Origin: an uncultured Gemmatimonadales bacterium
Lineage (GTDB): Bacteria > Gemmatimonadota > Gemmatimonadetes > Longimicrobiales > Gaopeijiaceae
Direction of reading: 5' to 3'
Length of the DNA stretch: 64,000 bases
Assembly: GCA_963823035.1 (NCBI GenBank)
Contig: CAWGKG010000013.1
Coordinates: forward strand, 1-64,000
Positions within the stretch are counted from its first letter, which is position 1. Every line of letters starts with the position of its first letter. Made by a program: the position numbers and the translations under genes. The notes beneath the pieces are model-generated. The model was given only the letters and a program-made list of their open reading frames with translations. It searched no databases and was not told the DNA's origin. Below, one piece after another: positions 1 to 11,364 of the stretch.

Positions 1-2464
1 CGAGCCCACCGAGCCCCCCGCCACCCTCGCGGCCGCCCTCGCGCTCTCCACCGCCCTCCTGATCTGGGCCGCGCCGGCCCAGGCCCAGGACCCCGACCCG
101 TCGTCCCCCCTCGAGATCTGGTTCGATGAGCCCGCGGCCTCGTGGGATCACGCCCTCCCGGTGGGCAACGGACGCCTGGGGGCCATGGTCTTCGGCGGCA
201 TCGAGCGGGAGCGCATCCAGCTGAACGAGGAGACGCTCTGGTCGGGCGGGCCGTACGACCCGGTGGTGAAGGGCGCCCACGAGGCCCTCCCGCAGATCCG
301 CGCGTACCTCTTCGCGGGAGACTTCATGCGGGCCCACGACCTCTTCGGGCGCACGATGATGGGCGTGCCTTACGAGCAGATGAAGTACCAGCCGTTCGCG
401 GATCTGTGGCTGGACTTCCCGGGCCACGAGGGGGCCACGGACTACAGGAGGTCGCTGGACCTGGGCGCCGGGGTGGCGCGTGTGAGCTACGTGGTCGACG
501 GCGTCACGTACGTGCGCGAGGTCTTCTCCAGCGCGGTCGACCAGGTGCTGGTGATCCGCATCAGCGCCGATCGCCCGGGCGCCGTGACCTTCTCGGCCGA
601 GCTGCACGGGGTGCGGAACCCCGCGCACTCCAACTACGGCACCGACTACTTCCGCATGGACGGGATTCCCCCGGGGGACCTCCGCGTCACGGGCAAGAAC
701 TCCGACTATCTGGGCATCGAGAGGCCGCCTGCGCTACGAGGGGCGCGTGCGCGCGCGGGTGAGCGGTGGCACCGCGCAGATCGACTATCGCACGCTCCGC
801 GTCGAGGACGCCGACGAGGCCGTGCTCGTCTTCGCGGCGGCCACGAGCTTCGTCGACTACAAGGACGTCTCCGCGGATCCGGCTGCGCGCGTGCGCGACG
901 CGCTCTCCCGCGTCCAGGACCGCACCTGGGACACCCTGCGCGCCGACCACGAACGGGAGCACCGCTCCTGGTTCGATCGTGTGGCGCTGACGCTGGGCCC
1001 CCCGACCGGCGCGGGTGCCGACCTCCCCACGGACGAGCGCATCGCTCGCTTCGCCGACCACCCCGACCCCGGGCTCGCGGCTCTCTACTACCAGTTCGGT
1101 CGCTACCTGCTCATCGCGAGCTCCCGTCCGGGCACGCAGCCCGCGAACCTCCAGGGGATCTGGAACGACAACCCGAACCCGTGGTGGGACAGCAAGTACA
1201 CCATCAACATCAACCTGCCCATGAACTACTGGCCCGCCGAGACGGGCAACCTGCAGGAGATGGTCCGAGCCGCTGGAGCAGCTTCACCCGCGAGGTGGCG
1301 GAGGCGGGCGCGGAGACGGCCCGCGAGCACTGGAACGCCCGCGGCTGGGTCCTGCACCAGAACACGGACCTGTGGCGCTCCACCACCCCCATGGACGGTC
1401 CATCCTGGGGTGCGTGGCCCGTGGGCGGCGCGTGGATCATGACCAACCTCTGGGAGCACTGGCGCTTCGGCCGGGACCGGGCCTTCCTGGAGCGGATCTA
1501 TCCGCTCCTCCGGGGGCAGGCGCAGTTCCTCCTGGACATCCTCGTCGAGGACCCGGACCACGGCTGGCTGGTCACGGCCCCCTCGAACTCGCCCGAGAAC
1601 TTCCCCGCCTGGCCGGGCAACGGCCGGTTCTTCGACGAGGTGAGCGGGCTGTACCTGAAGGCGCGCACCATGGCCGTGGGCCCGACCATGGACATGCAGA
1701 TCATCCGCGAGGTCTTCGGCGAGTTCGAGGAGGCCGCGTCGCTCCTGGGCACGGACAGCGAGCTCGCCGACCAGGCGAGGGCGGCCCGGGCCCGGCTGGC
1801 CCCGAACCAGATCGGCAAGCACGGCCAGCTCCAGGAGTGGATCGAGGACTACGACGAGATCGAGCCGGAGCACAGGCACCTCTCCCACCTGTGGGGCCTC
1901 TATCCCGGTCGCGAGATCACGCCGGCCTCGGGGGAGCTGGCCCGCGCGGCGGCGATCTCCCTGGACCGCCGCGGCACCGGAGGGTGTGGATGGTCGTACG
2001 CCTGGAAGATGGGCGCCCGCGCGCGACTCCTCGACGGCGACGAGGCGCTCCGCCAGCTCAGGGCGCTCCTCGTGGGCTCGTCCCTTCCGAACCTCTTCTC
2101 CCTGTGCGGGCAGGGCCCTCCAGGTCGACGGCAACCTGGGCGGCACCGCCGCCATCGCGGAGATGCTGCTCCAGTCCCACGAGGGCGTGATCCGGCTTCT
2201 GCCGGCGCTGCCCTCCGAGTGGTCCGAGGGAAGCGTCCGCGGGCTCCGCGCCCGGGGCGGTTTCACGGTCTCCCTGTCGTGGGCGGACGGGTCCCCGACC
2301 GGGGCCACCCTCGAGGCGTCGGTGGACGGACCCTGCCGGGTATCGGCCGAAGGCCTGCGTGGCGTGCAGTCCGAAGGACGGGCCGTCCGCCTCGTCCGCT
2401 CCGCCGCCGGCGTCGTCGAGTTCGAGGCGAAGGCCGGCTCCATCTACCGACTCACGTTCGAAGG

Positions 2465-2468
<4 letters not shown>
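1..2468 (+). CDS. GH95 alpha-L-fucosidase-like glycoside hydrolase; 5' end outside window; 3 apparent frameshifts (~730, ~1265, ~2110)
   Basis: The frame from base 2 reads a signal-peptide tail, then [29 protein letters not shown] and [11 protein letters not shown]. Later frames give [51 protein letters not shown] and [20 protein letters not shown], all GH95 motifs. Pieced together from ORFs 161.., 747..1442 and 1986..2468. Confidence 0.9.
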
Positions 2469-4126
<1,658 letters not shown>

Positions 4127-4134
4127 CCGGGGGC

Positions 4135-4169
4135 GGGAGCGGGGGGACCGTACCCCCACACCCGCTCCC
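4135..4169. terminator. GC-rich hairpin between convergent genes
   Basis: GGGAGCGGG (4135-4143) pairs with CCCGCTCCC (4161-4169), with inner GGGG/CCCC pairing. No strong U-tract. Confidence 0.45.
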
Positions 4170-4176
4170 CTTCAGG

Positions 4177-5034
4177 TCACGAGATGGTGAACGGCGACAC
4201 CATGCCTTCCGCGAGGTGCGGCATGTGGTTCGTGGGGTCGATCACGAAGCACAAGGCGACGTAGTCACCCGGCGTCAGGTCCACCGGGATGTACTCGACC
4301 TGCCCCGGCGCCATGGGCGCCGCTCCACCGAGGGACGTCCCCGGCAGATCACCCTCGAACGTCTGTCCCCACCGCGCGAGGTCCTCGATGGTCTTGCCCG
4401 GAGCGAGCCGGACGAGCTCGAACTCGTGGGGCTGCTTGCCGTCGTTCACGAACTTGATGACGTGATGGCCGGCGGTGGGCGTCGTCGAGAACGCGAAGCC
4501 GAAGTCCACCCCGCTCACCGTGAGGTCGCTGGCCGGTGCCGGCGCGCTCGGTGTCGTGGCCGCCACGACCGTGAGCCCCGTGGTCATCCCCTTCATGATG
4601 TGCGGCACGTGGTCGGGGACGTCGACCATGCACGTCACGGCGTAGTTGCCGGGCTCGATCATGAGCGTCGCACGGGTGTCCGCCCCGGGTCCGGGCGGAT
4701 TCACGCCCCCGGCCGGAACCGCCCAGGCGGGGGGCATGTCGGTCGGCTTCATGGTCGCCACGGCGGCCCGGAGATCCTCCACCGTCTTGCCCTCCTCCAG
4801 TCGCAGGAGCAGGAGGTGGTGCAGGGTCGGTCCGTCGTTGTGCAGCACCAGGGTCGTCATCCCGGAGGAAATCGTGTCCGGGCCTTCGAACGCGAAGTCT
4901 CTCGCCGTGAAGTGGACGTCGGGAGGTGTCGCGACCGCGGTCGCGGTGGCACCCTGCGTCCCCGCCCCGGAGTCGGGTCCGGTGCAGGCAGCACAGGAAA
5001 GGAGCAAGACGCCCGCCATGGCCATCGAACGCAT
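4177..5034 (-). CDS. Lipoprotein with two tandem cupredoxin-like (blue copper) domains
   Basis: Lipobox-like LLLSCAAC. Two internal repeats, each with NDG-x3-H and PG-x-Y-x3-C-x9/10-H-x4-M. Start codon approximate. Confidence 0.75.
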   Translation of the reverse strand: MRSMAMAGVLLLSCAACTGPDSGAGTQGATATAVATPPDVHFTARDFAFEGPDTISSGMTTLVLHNDGPTLHHLLLLRLEEGKTVEDLRAAVATMKPTDMPPAWAVPAGGVNPPGPGADTRATLMIEPGNYAVTCMVDVPDHVPHIMKGMTTGLTVVAATTPSAPAPASDLTVSGVDFGFAFSTTPTAGHHVIKFVNDGKQPHEFELVRLAPGKTIEDLARWGQTFEGDLPGTSLGGAAPMAPGQVEYIPVDLTPGDYVALCFVIDPTNHMPHLAEGMVSPFTIS

Positions 5035-5220
5035 CTTCCACTTCTCCATTGGATTGAGGGATACGGTCCGCCTCCGCCGCAGCGGCGCAACATAGACCCG
5101 GAACGGGCAGGTGGGGTTCCCGGGCAGGCCGGCGCGCCCGGATCCGATCGGGTCGGGCCCCTGCTAGCCGCTCGCCCCCACCGATCCCCACGCTGGGCAA
5201 CACCCACTTCCCCCCCGCCA

Positions 5221-6132
5221 TCACCCAATACTCGCAGTACGGCGCCGCTGCCTGGATGACGTCGCTATAGTCGCCCAGTCCCAGCCGATAGGCCAGTGCA
5301 GACGGTCGAGCGACGCGCCCTCGGGAGGCGTCCCGCCGCTCGCGGCGACTGTCGCATCAGCTTCCGGTGGACCCGACCTCCCCTGAGCCAGTAGTCGATC
5401 GCCGCGTCCCGCTGGCCCGCTCGCAGCCCGTCGACCATGCGCTGATGGATGGCCAGGTGTCCGACGCCGACGCTTCCGCCCATCCCGCCCCATTCCAACA
5501 TGGGCCGCTGCGGCGGCCGCACGGATCGATGGGGCGAGGCCGCCCACGCCTCGACCACCTCCCGGGACACCGCGTTCATGTCCGCCCAATCCGACTTCAG
5601 CGTGATCTCTTCGTGGAACGTGCCGACCAGGCCGAGCGAACTCTCGGCCGAGGACGCGGTCCTGCGTCCGCGGTGGCGCGAAGTTGAAGGTGTGGACGTC
5701 CACGTTCAGGTCGCGGAGCATCGCCACGACGCTCCGGGAGTCGAGGCCGCCGCTGAGGAGCGACATCGTGCACGTGTCGTCACGGATGCGACATCGCACG
5801 GCGGACCTGAAGCGGCGGTATCCCTCCTCCACCATCTCGGACTCGGACGCCCCGGACGGCTCGATCTCGTCCCACCGCCAGTACCGGGAGCGCGTCACCT
5901 CGCCCTCCGACGCGGTGACGAGCTCCGCCGGGTTCACCACGCCGATCTCGGCGTACGCCGTGCGCCGCGACAGCGGATAGCGCAGGTAGGCGATCTCCGT
6001 CACGCCCAGGAAATCCAGGCCCTTGTCGGCCTCGGCCATCGCCTCCAGCACGCGTATCGCGGTGGAGAACACGACGTGGTGCCCGCCCACCCAGTGGTAG
6101 AGGGGTCGGGTGGCGAGCTTGTCGGGGGGAAG
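5221..6132 (-). pseudogene. Internal remnant of an asparagine-synthase-like (AsnB family) gene
   Basis: DKLATRPLYHW (GATase D-x-L-x-x-R-P-L-Y), RYW and LLSGGLDSR (PP-loop). No N-terminal part of the GATase domain, a frameshift near 5630, and a short degenerate C-terminus. Confidence 0.65.
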
Positions 6133-6630
6133 CTAGCTCGCTCCCGCCCCCACCAACCTCCCTCGCGTGTACGCGATCAGCCCCCCGGCGTCGATGATGG
6201 CCTGGCGCGACTGGGGCAGCGGCACGACCGGGAGGGTCACGCCGCTCGTGTGGTTCACCACCCCGTCGGCGGTCACCTCGATGTCGTCCCCCTCGGAGGC
6301 CTCGACCCCGGGACAGGTCACCACCCGCAGCCCGAGGTTGATCGCGTTCTGCAGGAAGATACGCGCGAACCCCTGCGCCACGATCGTCAGGTCGTGCCCC
6401 ACCAGGCAGGACACGGCCTGCTCGCGCGACGAGCCGCACCCGAAGTTCGCGCCGGCCACCAGCACGCTACCGGCTTCCAGCTCGCCCGAGCGGAGCTTCT
6501 CCGCGAACACGGCGTCGTCCGCGAAGGCGAACTGGGGCGTCTCGGTGGGGAGCACCGTGGCCATGAAGCGGCCGGGATAGATCACGTCGGTCGAGATGTC
6601 GTCGCCGAGCACGTAGACCACTCTGGACAT
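6133..6630 (-). CDS. leuD: Isopropylmalate/homoaconitate-type dehydratase small subunit (LeuD-like)
   Basis: GDDISTDVIYPGRF, NFGCGSSREQA, FARIFLQNAINLGL. The symbol denotes the family only. Confidence 0.9.
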   Translation of the reverse strand: MSRVVYVLGDDISTDVIYPGRFMATVLPTETPQFAFADDAVFAEKLRSGELEAGSVLVAGANFGCGSSREQAVSCLVGHDLTIVAQGFARIFLQNAINLGLRVVTCPGVEASEGDDIEVTADGVVNHTSGVTLPVVPLPQSRQAIIDAGGLIAYTRGRLVGAGAS

Positions 6631-6632
6631 GG

Positions 6633-7925
6633 TCAGCTCCTCCTCACCCGGGGGTCGGTGATCACGCCGGTGACCGCGGACGCGGCCGCCACGGCGGGCG
6701 AGCAGAGATAGACCTCGCCTTTGGGGTTGCCCATGCGGCCCTTGAAGTTCCGGTTGGTCGTGGACAGCGCCACCTCGCCGTCTCCGAGCGCGCCCTCGTG
6801 GATGCCGAGGCAGGGGCCGCACCCGGGGTTCATCACCACGGCTCCGGCCTTCATGAACGTCGCCAGGTAGCCCTTGGCGAGCGCCTCCTGGTAGATCTTC
6901 GCCGACGCGGGGAAGATGAGCATGCGGGTCCCGCTCGCCACGCTCTTCCCCTCGAGCAGCCCGGCCGCCTCGGCCAGGTCGTCCAGCCGTCCGTTCGTGC
7001 AGGAGCCGATCACGACCTGGTCGATGTGCCGGCCGGCGACGTCCGTGAGCGGCTTGACGTTGTCGACGGTATGGGGGCAGGCGATGCGCGGCGTGAGCCG
7101 GCTCACGTCGATCTCCACGGTCCGCTCGTAGACGGCGTCGGCGTCGGGCCCGATGAGGGTGAGCTCGTCGGTCAAGCCGACTTCCTTGCGCAGGTAGCGG
7201 AGCGTCTCCCCGTCCCCGGGCACGATGCCGGCGGTGGCACCGGCCTCCACCGACATGTTGCACAGCACCAGCCGCCCGGACGTGGACAGCTTCCGGATGG
7301 TCTCGCCGTGGAACTCGAGCACGCGGAAGTTGGCGCCCTCCGCGCTGAGCATGCCGATGAGCTCGAGGATGAGGTCCTTCGCGCTGACGCGCTCGGGGAA
7401 GGTGCCCTCCACCTGCACCTTGATGGTGCCGGGCACCTGGACGTTCAGCACGGACCCGAGCGCCCATACGCTCGCCATCTCCGTCGCGCCGATGCCGAAC
7501 GCGAAGGCGCCGAGCGCCCCGTGGCTGGTCGTGTGCGAATCGGTGCCCACCACCACCGCCCCGGGCCTCACGTAGCCGCTCTCGGGGAGGATCTGGTGGC
7601 AGATGCCGCCTACGTCGCCACGGATGTCGTGGAAGCGCTCGATGCCCTGGTCCGCGACGAACTTCCGGATCTTCTTCTGGTTGGTCGCGGTCTTCGACGA
7701 CTCCGCGGGGACGCGATGGTCGAAGATGATCGCGATGCGCTCGGGGTCCCACACCTTGGGCTCGAGCCCGGTGCCCGCGTAGATCTCGTCGAACTGGTTG
7801 ATCACCAACGCGGCGTTCTCATGCGACATCGCGAGATCGACGCGCGGCTCCACGACCTCGCCGACGGCGACCTCGTGCCGGCCGGACGCCCTGGCCAGGA
7901 TCTTCTGGACGACGGTCATACCCAT
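6633..7925 (-). CDS. leuC: Isopropylmalate/homoaconitate-type dehydratase large subunit (LeuC-like, [4Fe-4S])
   Basis: FDH, GICHQ, GTDSHT, IGSCTNGR, PGCGPCLG, STTNRNFKGRMG. The symbol denotes the family only. Confidence 0.92.
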   Translation of the reverse strand: MGMTVVQKILARASGRHEVAVGEVVEPRVDLAMSHENAALVINQFDEIYAGTGLEPKVWDPERIAIIFDHRVPAESSKTATNQKKIRKFVADQGIERFHDIRGDVGGICHQILPESGYVRPGAVVVGTDSHTTSHGALGAFAFGIGATEMASVWALGSVLNVQVPGTIKVQVEGTFPERVSAKDLILELIGMLSAEGANFRVLEFHGETIRKLSTSGRLVLCNMSVEAGATAGIVPGDGETLRYLRKEVGLTDELTLIGPDADAVYERTVEIDVSRLTPRIACPHTVDNVKPLTDVAGRHIDQVVIGSCTNGRLDDLAEAAGLLEGKSVASGTRMLIFPASAKIYQEALAKGYLATFMKAGAVVMNPGCGPCLGIHEGALGDGEVALSTTNRNFKGRMGNPKGEVYLCSPAVAAASAVTGVITDPRVRRS

Positions 7926-7941
7926 GGTGGTCTCCTCATGC

Positions 7942-9141
7942 CTACACGATGCCCCTGGCTCTCAGCTCGGCCACCTCGGCCGGCGTGATCCCGAGCTCGC
8001 CCAGCACCGCTTCGGTATCGGCGGAGAGGGCAGGCGGTGGACCGGTGATCGCACCCGGTGTCTTCTCGAAGTGGGCCGTCAGACCGAACAGCTTCACGGC
8101 CCCGATCCCCTCCACTTCCACATCCTCGAGCGTGCGTCGATGCTCGATCTGCGGCTGGCTCAACGCCGCCCCGAGGTCGAGGATCGCCCCGCTCGGCACG
8201 CCGACCGCGTTCAGGCGCTCCACCCACTCCTCCGTCGGCCGCTCGGCGAGCCTGGCCTCGAGCAGGGGGGTGAGTGCGGCACGGTTCCTCTTGCGCACGT
8301 CCCTCTTCTGGAAGCGGTCGTCGGTCTTCAGCTCGGGCACGCCGAGCACGTCGCACAGCGCCTCCCACTGCTCCTGCTTGTTGGCCGCGATGTTGATCCA
8401 GCCGTCCTGCGCGCGGAACGTCCCGGAGGGCGCCGCGGTGAAGTTGTCGTTGCCCATGGGCTGGGGCTGCTGGGAGCCGATGAGGAGGTTCGCCGCGACC
8501 CACCCCATCAGCGGCATGATCGAGTCGAGCATCGCGACGTCGATCATCTGCCCCTCGCCCGTGCGCTCACGGTGGTAGAGCGCGGCCATGATCGCGAAGG
8601 CCGCGTTCAGGCCACCGACGGTGTCGCACACGGGAAAGCCGCAGCGCAGCGGGTTGAGGCGCTCGTCGCCGTTGATCGCCATCACGCCGCTCAGGCCCTG
8701 GATGATCTGGTCGTAGGCGGGCTTGGCGGCATCGGGCCCGGTCTGCCCGAAGCCGGACACGGCGCAGTAGATCAGCCGGGGATTGGCCTGCGACAGCGCC
8801 TCGTAGCCGATGCCGAGGCGGTCCATGACGCCGGGGCGGAAGTTCTCGACCACCACGTCGGCTTTCTCCACCAGCCGCATGAAGATCGCCTTCCCCTCGG
8901 GCGACTTGGTGTTGAGCGTGACCGACTTCTTGTTGGCGTTCTGCGCCAGGAAGCTGGTGCCCATCAGGCGCTCGTTGAGGTCGCCGCGGATGCCGAGCTT
9001 ACGCGCCAGGTCGCCGTCCTTGGGGTTCTCGATCTTCACCACCTCCGCACCGAGCAGCGCGAGGTGGAGCGTGGCGAACGGCCCGGCGAGCACGTTGGTC
9101 AGGTCGAGGACGAGAACGCCCTCGAGCAGCGCGCGGCTCAC
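7942..9141 (-). CDS. Class III CoA-transferase (CaiB/BaiF family)
   Basis: LDLTNVLAGPFA, NANKKSVTLN, ADVVVENFRPG, SGFGQTGP, AYD and catalytic Asp in PVCDTVGG. Confidence 0.92.
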   Translation of the reverse strand: MSRALLEGVLVLDLTNVLAGPFATLHLALLGAEVVKIENPKDGDLARKLGIRGDLNERLMGTSFLAQNANKKSVTLNTKSPEGKAIFMRLVEKADVVVENFRPGVMDRLGIGYEALSQANPRLIYCAVSGFGQTGPDAAKPAYDQIIQGLSGVMAINGDERLNPLRCGFPVCDTVGGLNAAFAIMAALYHRERTGEGQMIDVAMLDSIMPLMGWVAANLLIGSQQPQPMGNDNFTAAPSGTFRAQDGWINIAANKQEQWEALCDVLGVPELKTDDRFQKRDVRKRNRAALTPLLEARLAERPTEEWVERLNAVGVPSGAILDLGAALSQPQIEHRRTLEDVEVEGIGAVKLFGLTAHFEKTPGAITGPPPALSADTEAVLGELGITPAEVAELRARGIV

Positions 9142-10049
9142 GCCACCACCATCTGCGGAACGGGCCCGGTCTTCTGCACGTACCCGGGCAGCTCACGCTC
9201 GAAGTGGGCGGCCACCTCCCGCGCGAGGCCGACCAGGCGCGACAGGTCCACGTCGGGGCGGAGCCCCTGCCGGTGCAGCGCGTACACGAAGTCCTCGGTG
9301 GGGACGTTCCCCGCCGCCACCTTCGTGAACGGGCAGCCGCCGAGCCCGCCGAACGATGTCTCGAAGGACGTCACCCCGACGCGCATCGCGGCGAAGACGT
9401 TCGCCATGCCGAGCCCGTAGGTGTTGTGGAAGTGACAGGTGCACTCGACGTCGGGCGCGAGCGCCATCACGGCGCCGAAGAGCGCCTCGACCTGGGCCGG
9501 GTGCGCGTGGCCGGCGGTGTCGGCCAGGCTGATCTGCCGGAAGCCGGCGTCGAGGTAGGCGTCCACCATGTCGAGCACCCTCTCCGCGGGGATGCGCCCC
9601 TCGAAGCCGCACCCGAAGGCCGACTGCACGGAGAGCTGCACCTTCTTGCCGGCCGCGCGGGCGGCCTCCGCGGCCCCGACGATGCGACGCGTCGCGTCCT
9701 CCGAGCTCATCCCGGTGTTCTTGCGGCTGTGCGTCTCGCTGGCCGAGGCGCCCATACAGAACATCTCGACCCCGCAGGCCAGGCCGCGTTCGAGCCCCCG
9801 CTCGTTGAGCACCAGCCCGGAGAGGATCGCGGCCCCGTGGTCGCTCCCGACCAGCCGCCGGAACAGCTCGTCGGTGTCGGCCATCTGGGGGACCTTCTCG
9901 GGATGGACGAAGGAGCCCACCTGCACGATGTCCACGCCGGCGGCGATGACCTCGCGGATCCACGCCTCCTTCGTCTCCAGCGGTACCGACTGCTTCTCCA
10001 TCTGCAGCCCGTCCCGCGGGCCGACCTCGTGGACGACCAGGCGCCTCAT
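9138..10049 (-). CDS. HMG-CoA lyase family enzyme (3-hydroxyacyl-CoA lyase)
   Basis: EVGPRDGLQ, VGSFVHPEKVPQMAD, LADTAG, HFHNTYGLG and GGLGGCPF (lyase catalytic Cys). Start and stop overlap the neighbours on both sides. Confidence 0.9.
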   Translation of the reverse strand: MRRLVVHEVGPRDGLQMEKQSVPLETKEAWIREVIAAGVDIVQVGSFVHPEKVPQMADTDELFRRLVGSDHGAAILSGLVLNERGLERGLACGVEMFCMGASASETHSRKNTGMSSEDATRRIVGAAEAARAAGKKVQLSVQSAFGCGFEGRIPAERVLDMVDAYLDAGFRQISLADTAGHAHPAQVEALFGAVMALAPDVECTCHFHNTYGLGMANVFAAMRVGVTSFETSFGGLGGCPFTKVAAGNVPTEDFVYALHRQGLRPDVDLSRLVGLAREVAAHFERELPGYVQKTGPVPQMVVA

Positions 10050-11164
10050 AGCATGGCCGCGATCGCCCGTCCCATGTCGGACGCGGTGTCGATGCCGCCC
10101 ATGTCGTAGGTGCGTACCTTGCCGTCGCAGATCACCTCGGCGACGGCGGCCTCGAGCGCAGTCGCCTTCTCGGCCTCGCCCAGCCAGTCGAGCATCATCT
10201 TGGCCGCCAGGATGGTGGCGATCGGGTTGACCTTGTCCTGCCCGGCGTACTTCGGCGCGGAGCCGTGGCTGGGCTCGAACACGGCGAGTCGTTCGCCGAT
10301 GTTGCCCGAGCAGGCGAACCCGAGCCCGCCGACCAGCTGGGCGCACAGGTCGGAGATGATGTCGCCGTACAGGTTCGGCGCGACGAGCACGTCGTAGTTG
10401 AAGGGGTTCTTGAGCAGCCACATCGTCATCGCGTCGATGTTGGCGTCGTCGTGCTCGATGTCGGGATACTCCTTCGCGACCGCCTTGGCGACCTCGAGGA
10501 AGAGCCCGTCCGTGGCGCGCACCACGTTCGCCTTGTGCACGATGGTGACCTTCCGGCGCCCGTGCTCACGCGCGAACTCGAAGGCGGCGCGCGCGATCCG
10601 CTCGGACCCGGCGCGCGTGTTCACCTTGCAGGAGATCGCGTACTCCTCCGGCGGGAGGTAGCCGAAGCGGGCGAACGGCTTGGACAGCCTGCCCAGCATC
10701 TCGGCCAGCTCGGGCGGCGGCGGCGAGAACTCGACCCCGGAGTAGAGGTCCTCGGTGTTCTCGCGGAACACCACCAGGTCGATCCCCTCACGGTAGTTGA
10801 GGGGATTGCCCGGATACGCCTTGCACGGCCGCAGGCAGTTGTAGAGGTCGAACATCTGCCGCATGCGCACGATCGGCGAGCGATAGGTCATCCCGTTGCC
10901 GCGCAGCTCCGGCGCCAGCTCGGCGGCCGCGGCCTTGGCCGGCTTCGATGTGATGGCGCCGAAGAGCGCCGCGTCGACGTTCTTGAGCAGCTCGACCGTA
11001 CGGGCAGGGAAGGCGTCACCCTCGCTGCACCAGAAGTCCCAGCCGATGTCGCCGTGGATGTACTCGGCGTCGAGGTCCAGCCGGTCGAGAACGATCTTGG
11101 TCGCGTTCAGGACATCGACGCCTACTCCGTCTCCGGGAAGCCAGGCGATCGTGTAGTGGGCCAT
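10046..11164 (-). CDS. Isocitrate/isopropylmalate/homoisocitrate dehydrogenase family protein
   Basis: LPGDGVG, FGAITS, YRSPIVRMRQ, RENTEDLY, VHKANV, PNLYGDIISD, EPSHGSAPKYAG. Confidence 0.92.
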   Translation of the reverse strand: MAHYTIAWLPGDGVGVDVLNATKIVLDRLDLDAEYIHGDIGWDFWCSEGDAFPARTVELLKNVDAALFGAITSKPAKAAAAELAPELRGNGMTYRSPIVRMRQMFDLYNCLRPCKAYPGNPLNYREGIDLVVFRENTEDLYSGVEFSPPPPELAEMLGRLSKPFARFGYLPPEEYAISCKVNTRAGSERIARAAFEFAREHGRRKVTIVHKANVVRATDGLFLEVAKAVAKEYPDIEHDDANIDAMTMWLLKNPFNYDVLVAPNLYGDIISDLCAQLVGGLGFACSGNIGERLAVFEPSHGSAPKYAGQDKVNPIATILAAKMMLDWLGEAEKATALEAAVAEVICDGKVRTYDMGGIDTASDMGRAIAAML

Positions 11165-11319
11165 GCGGGCGCTCCGGGATGGTGTCGGCCGAAGAAGGCC
11201 GAAGGTCGGGTCCGCATGGCGCCGCGGCGCAGGGGCACACGCCTCCCGCACGGCCGCCTTGCGGTCATCTCGAACGATGACCGGACGCCAACCCACCAGG
11301 CATCGGGAAAAATCCCACA

Positions 11320-11348
11320 GCCCGTGTAGGAAGGTTCTCCACACGGGC
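11320..11348 (-). terminator. Putative terminator hairpin after the ADOP permease
   Basis: GCCCGTGT/ACACGGGC arms plus GGA/TCC inner pairing, about 17 nt past the permease stop, followed on the minus strand by TGTGGGATTTTT. Confidence 0.4.
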
Positions 11349-11364
11349 GCACGCCCCTGCGCCG

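Noticed and set aside
5161..6137. Weak inverted similarity and GCTAGC at both ends of the asnB-like remnant, suggesting a mobile element
   Set aside because: The match is gapped and low-complexity, the right-hand copy is coding sequence (DKLATRPLY), and there is no transposase.
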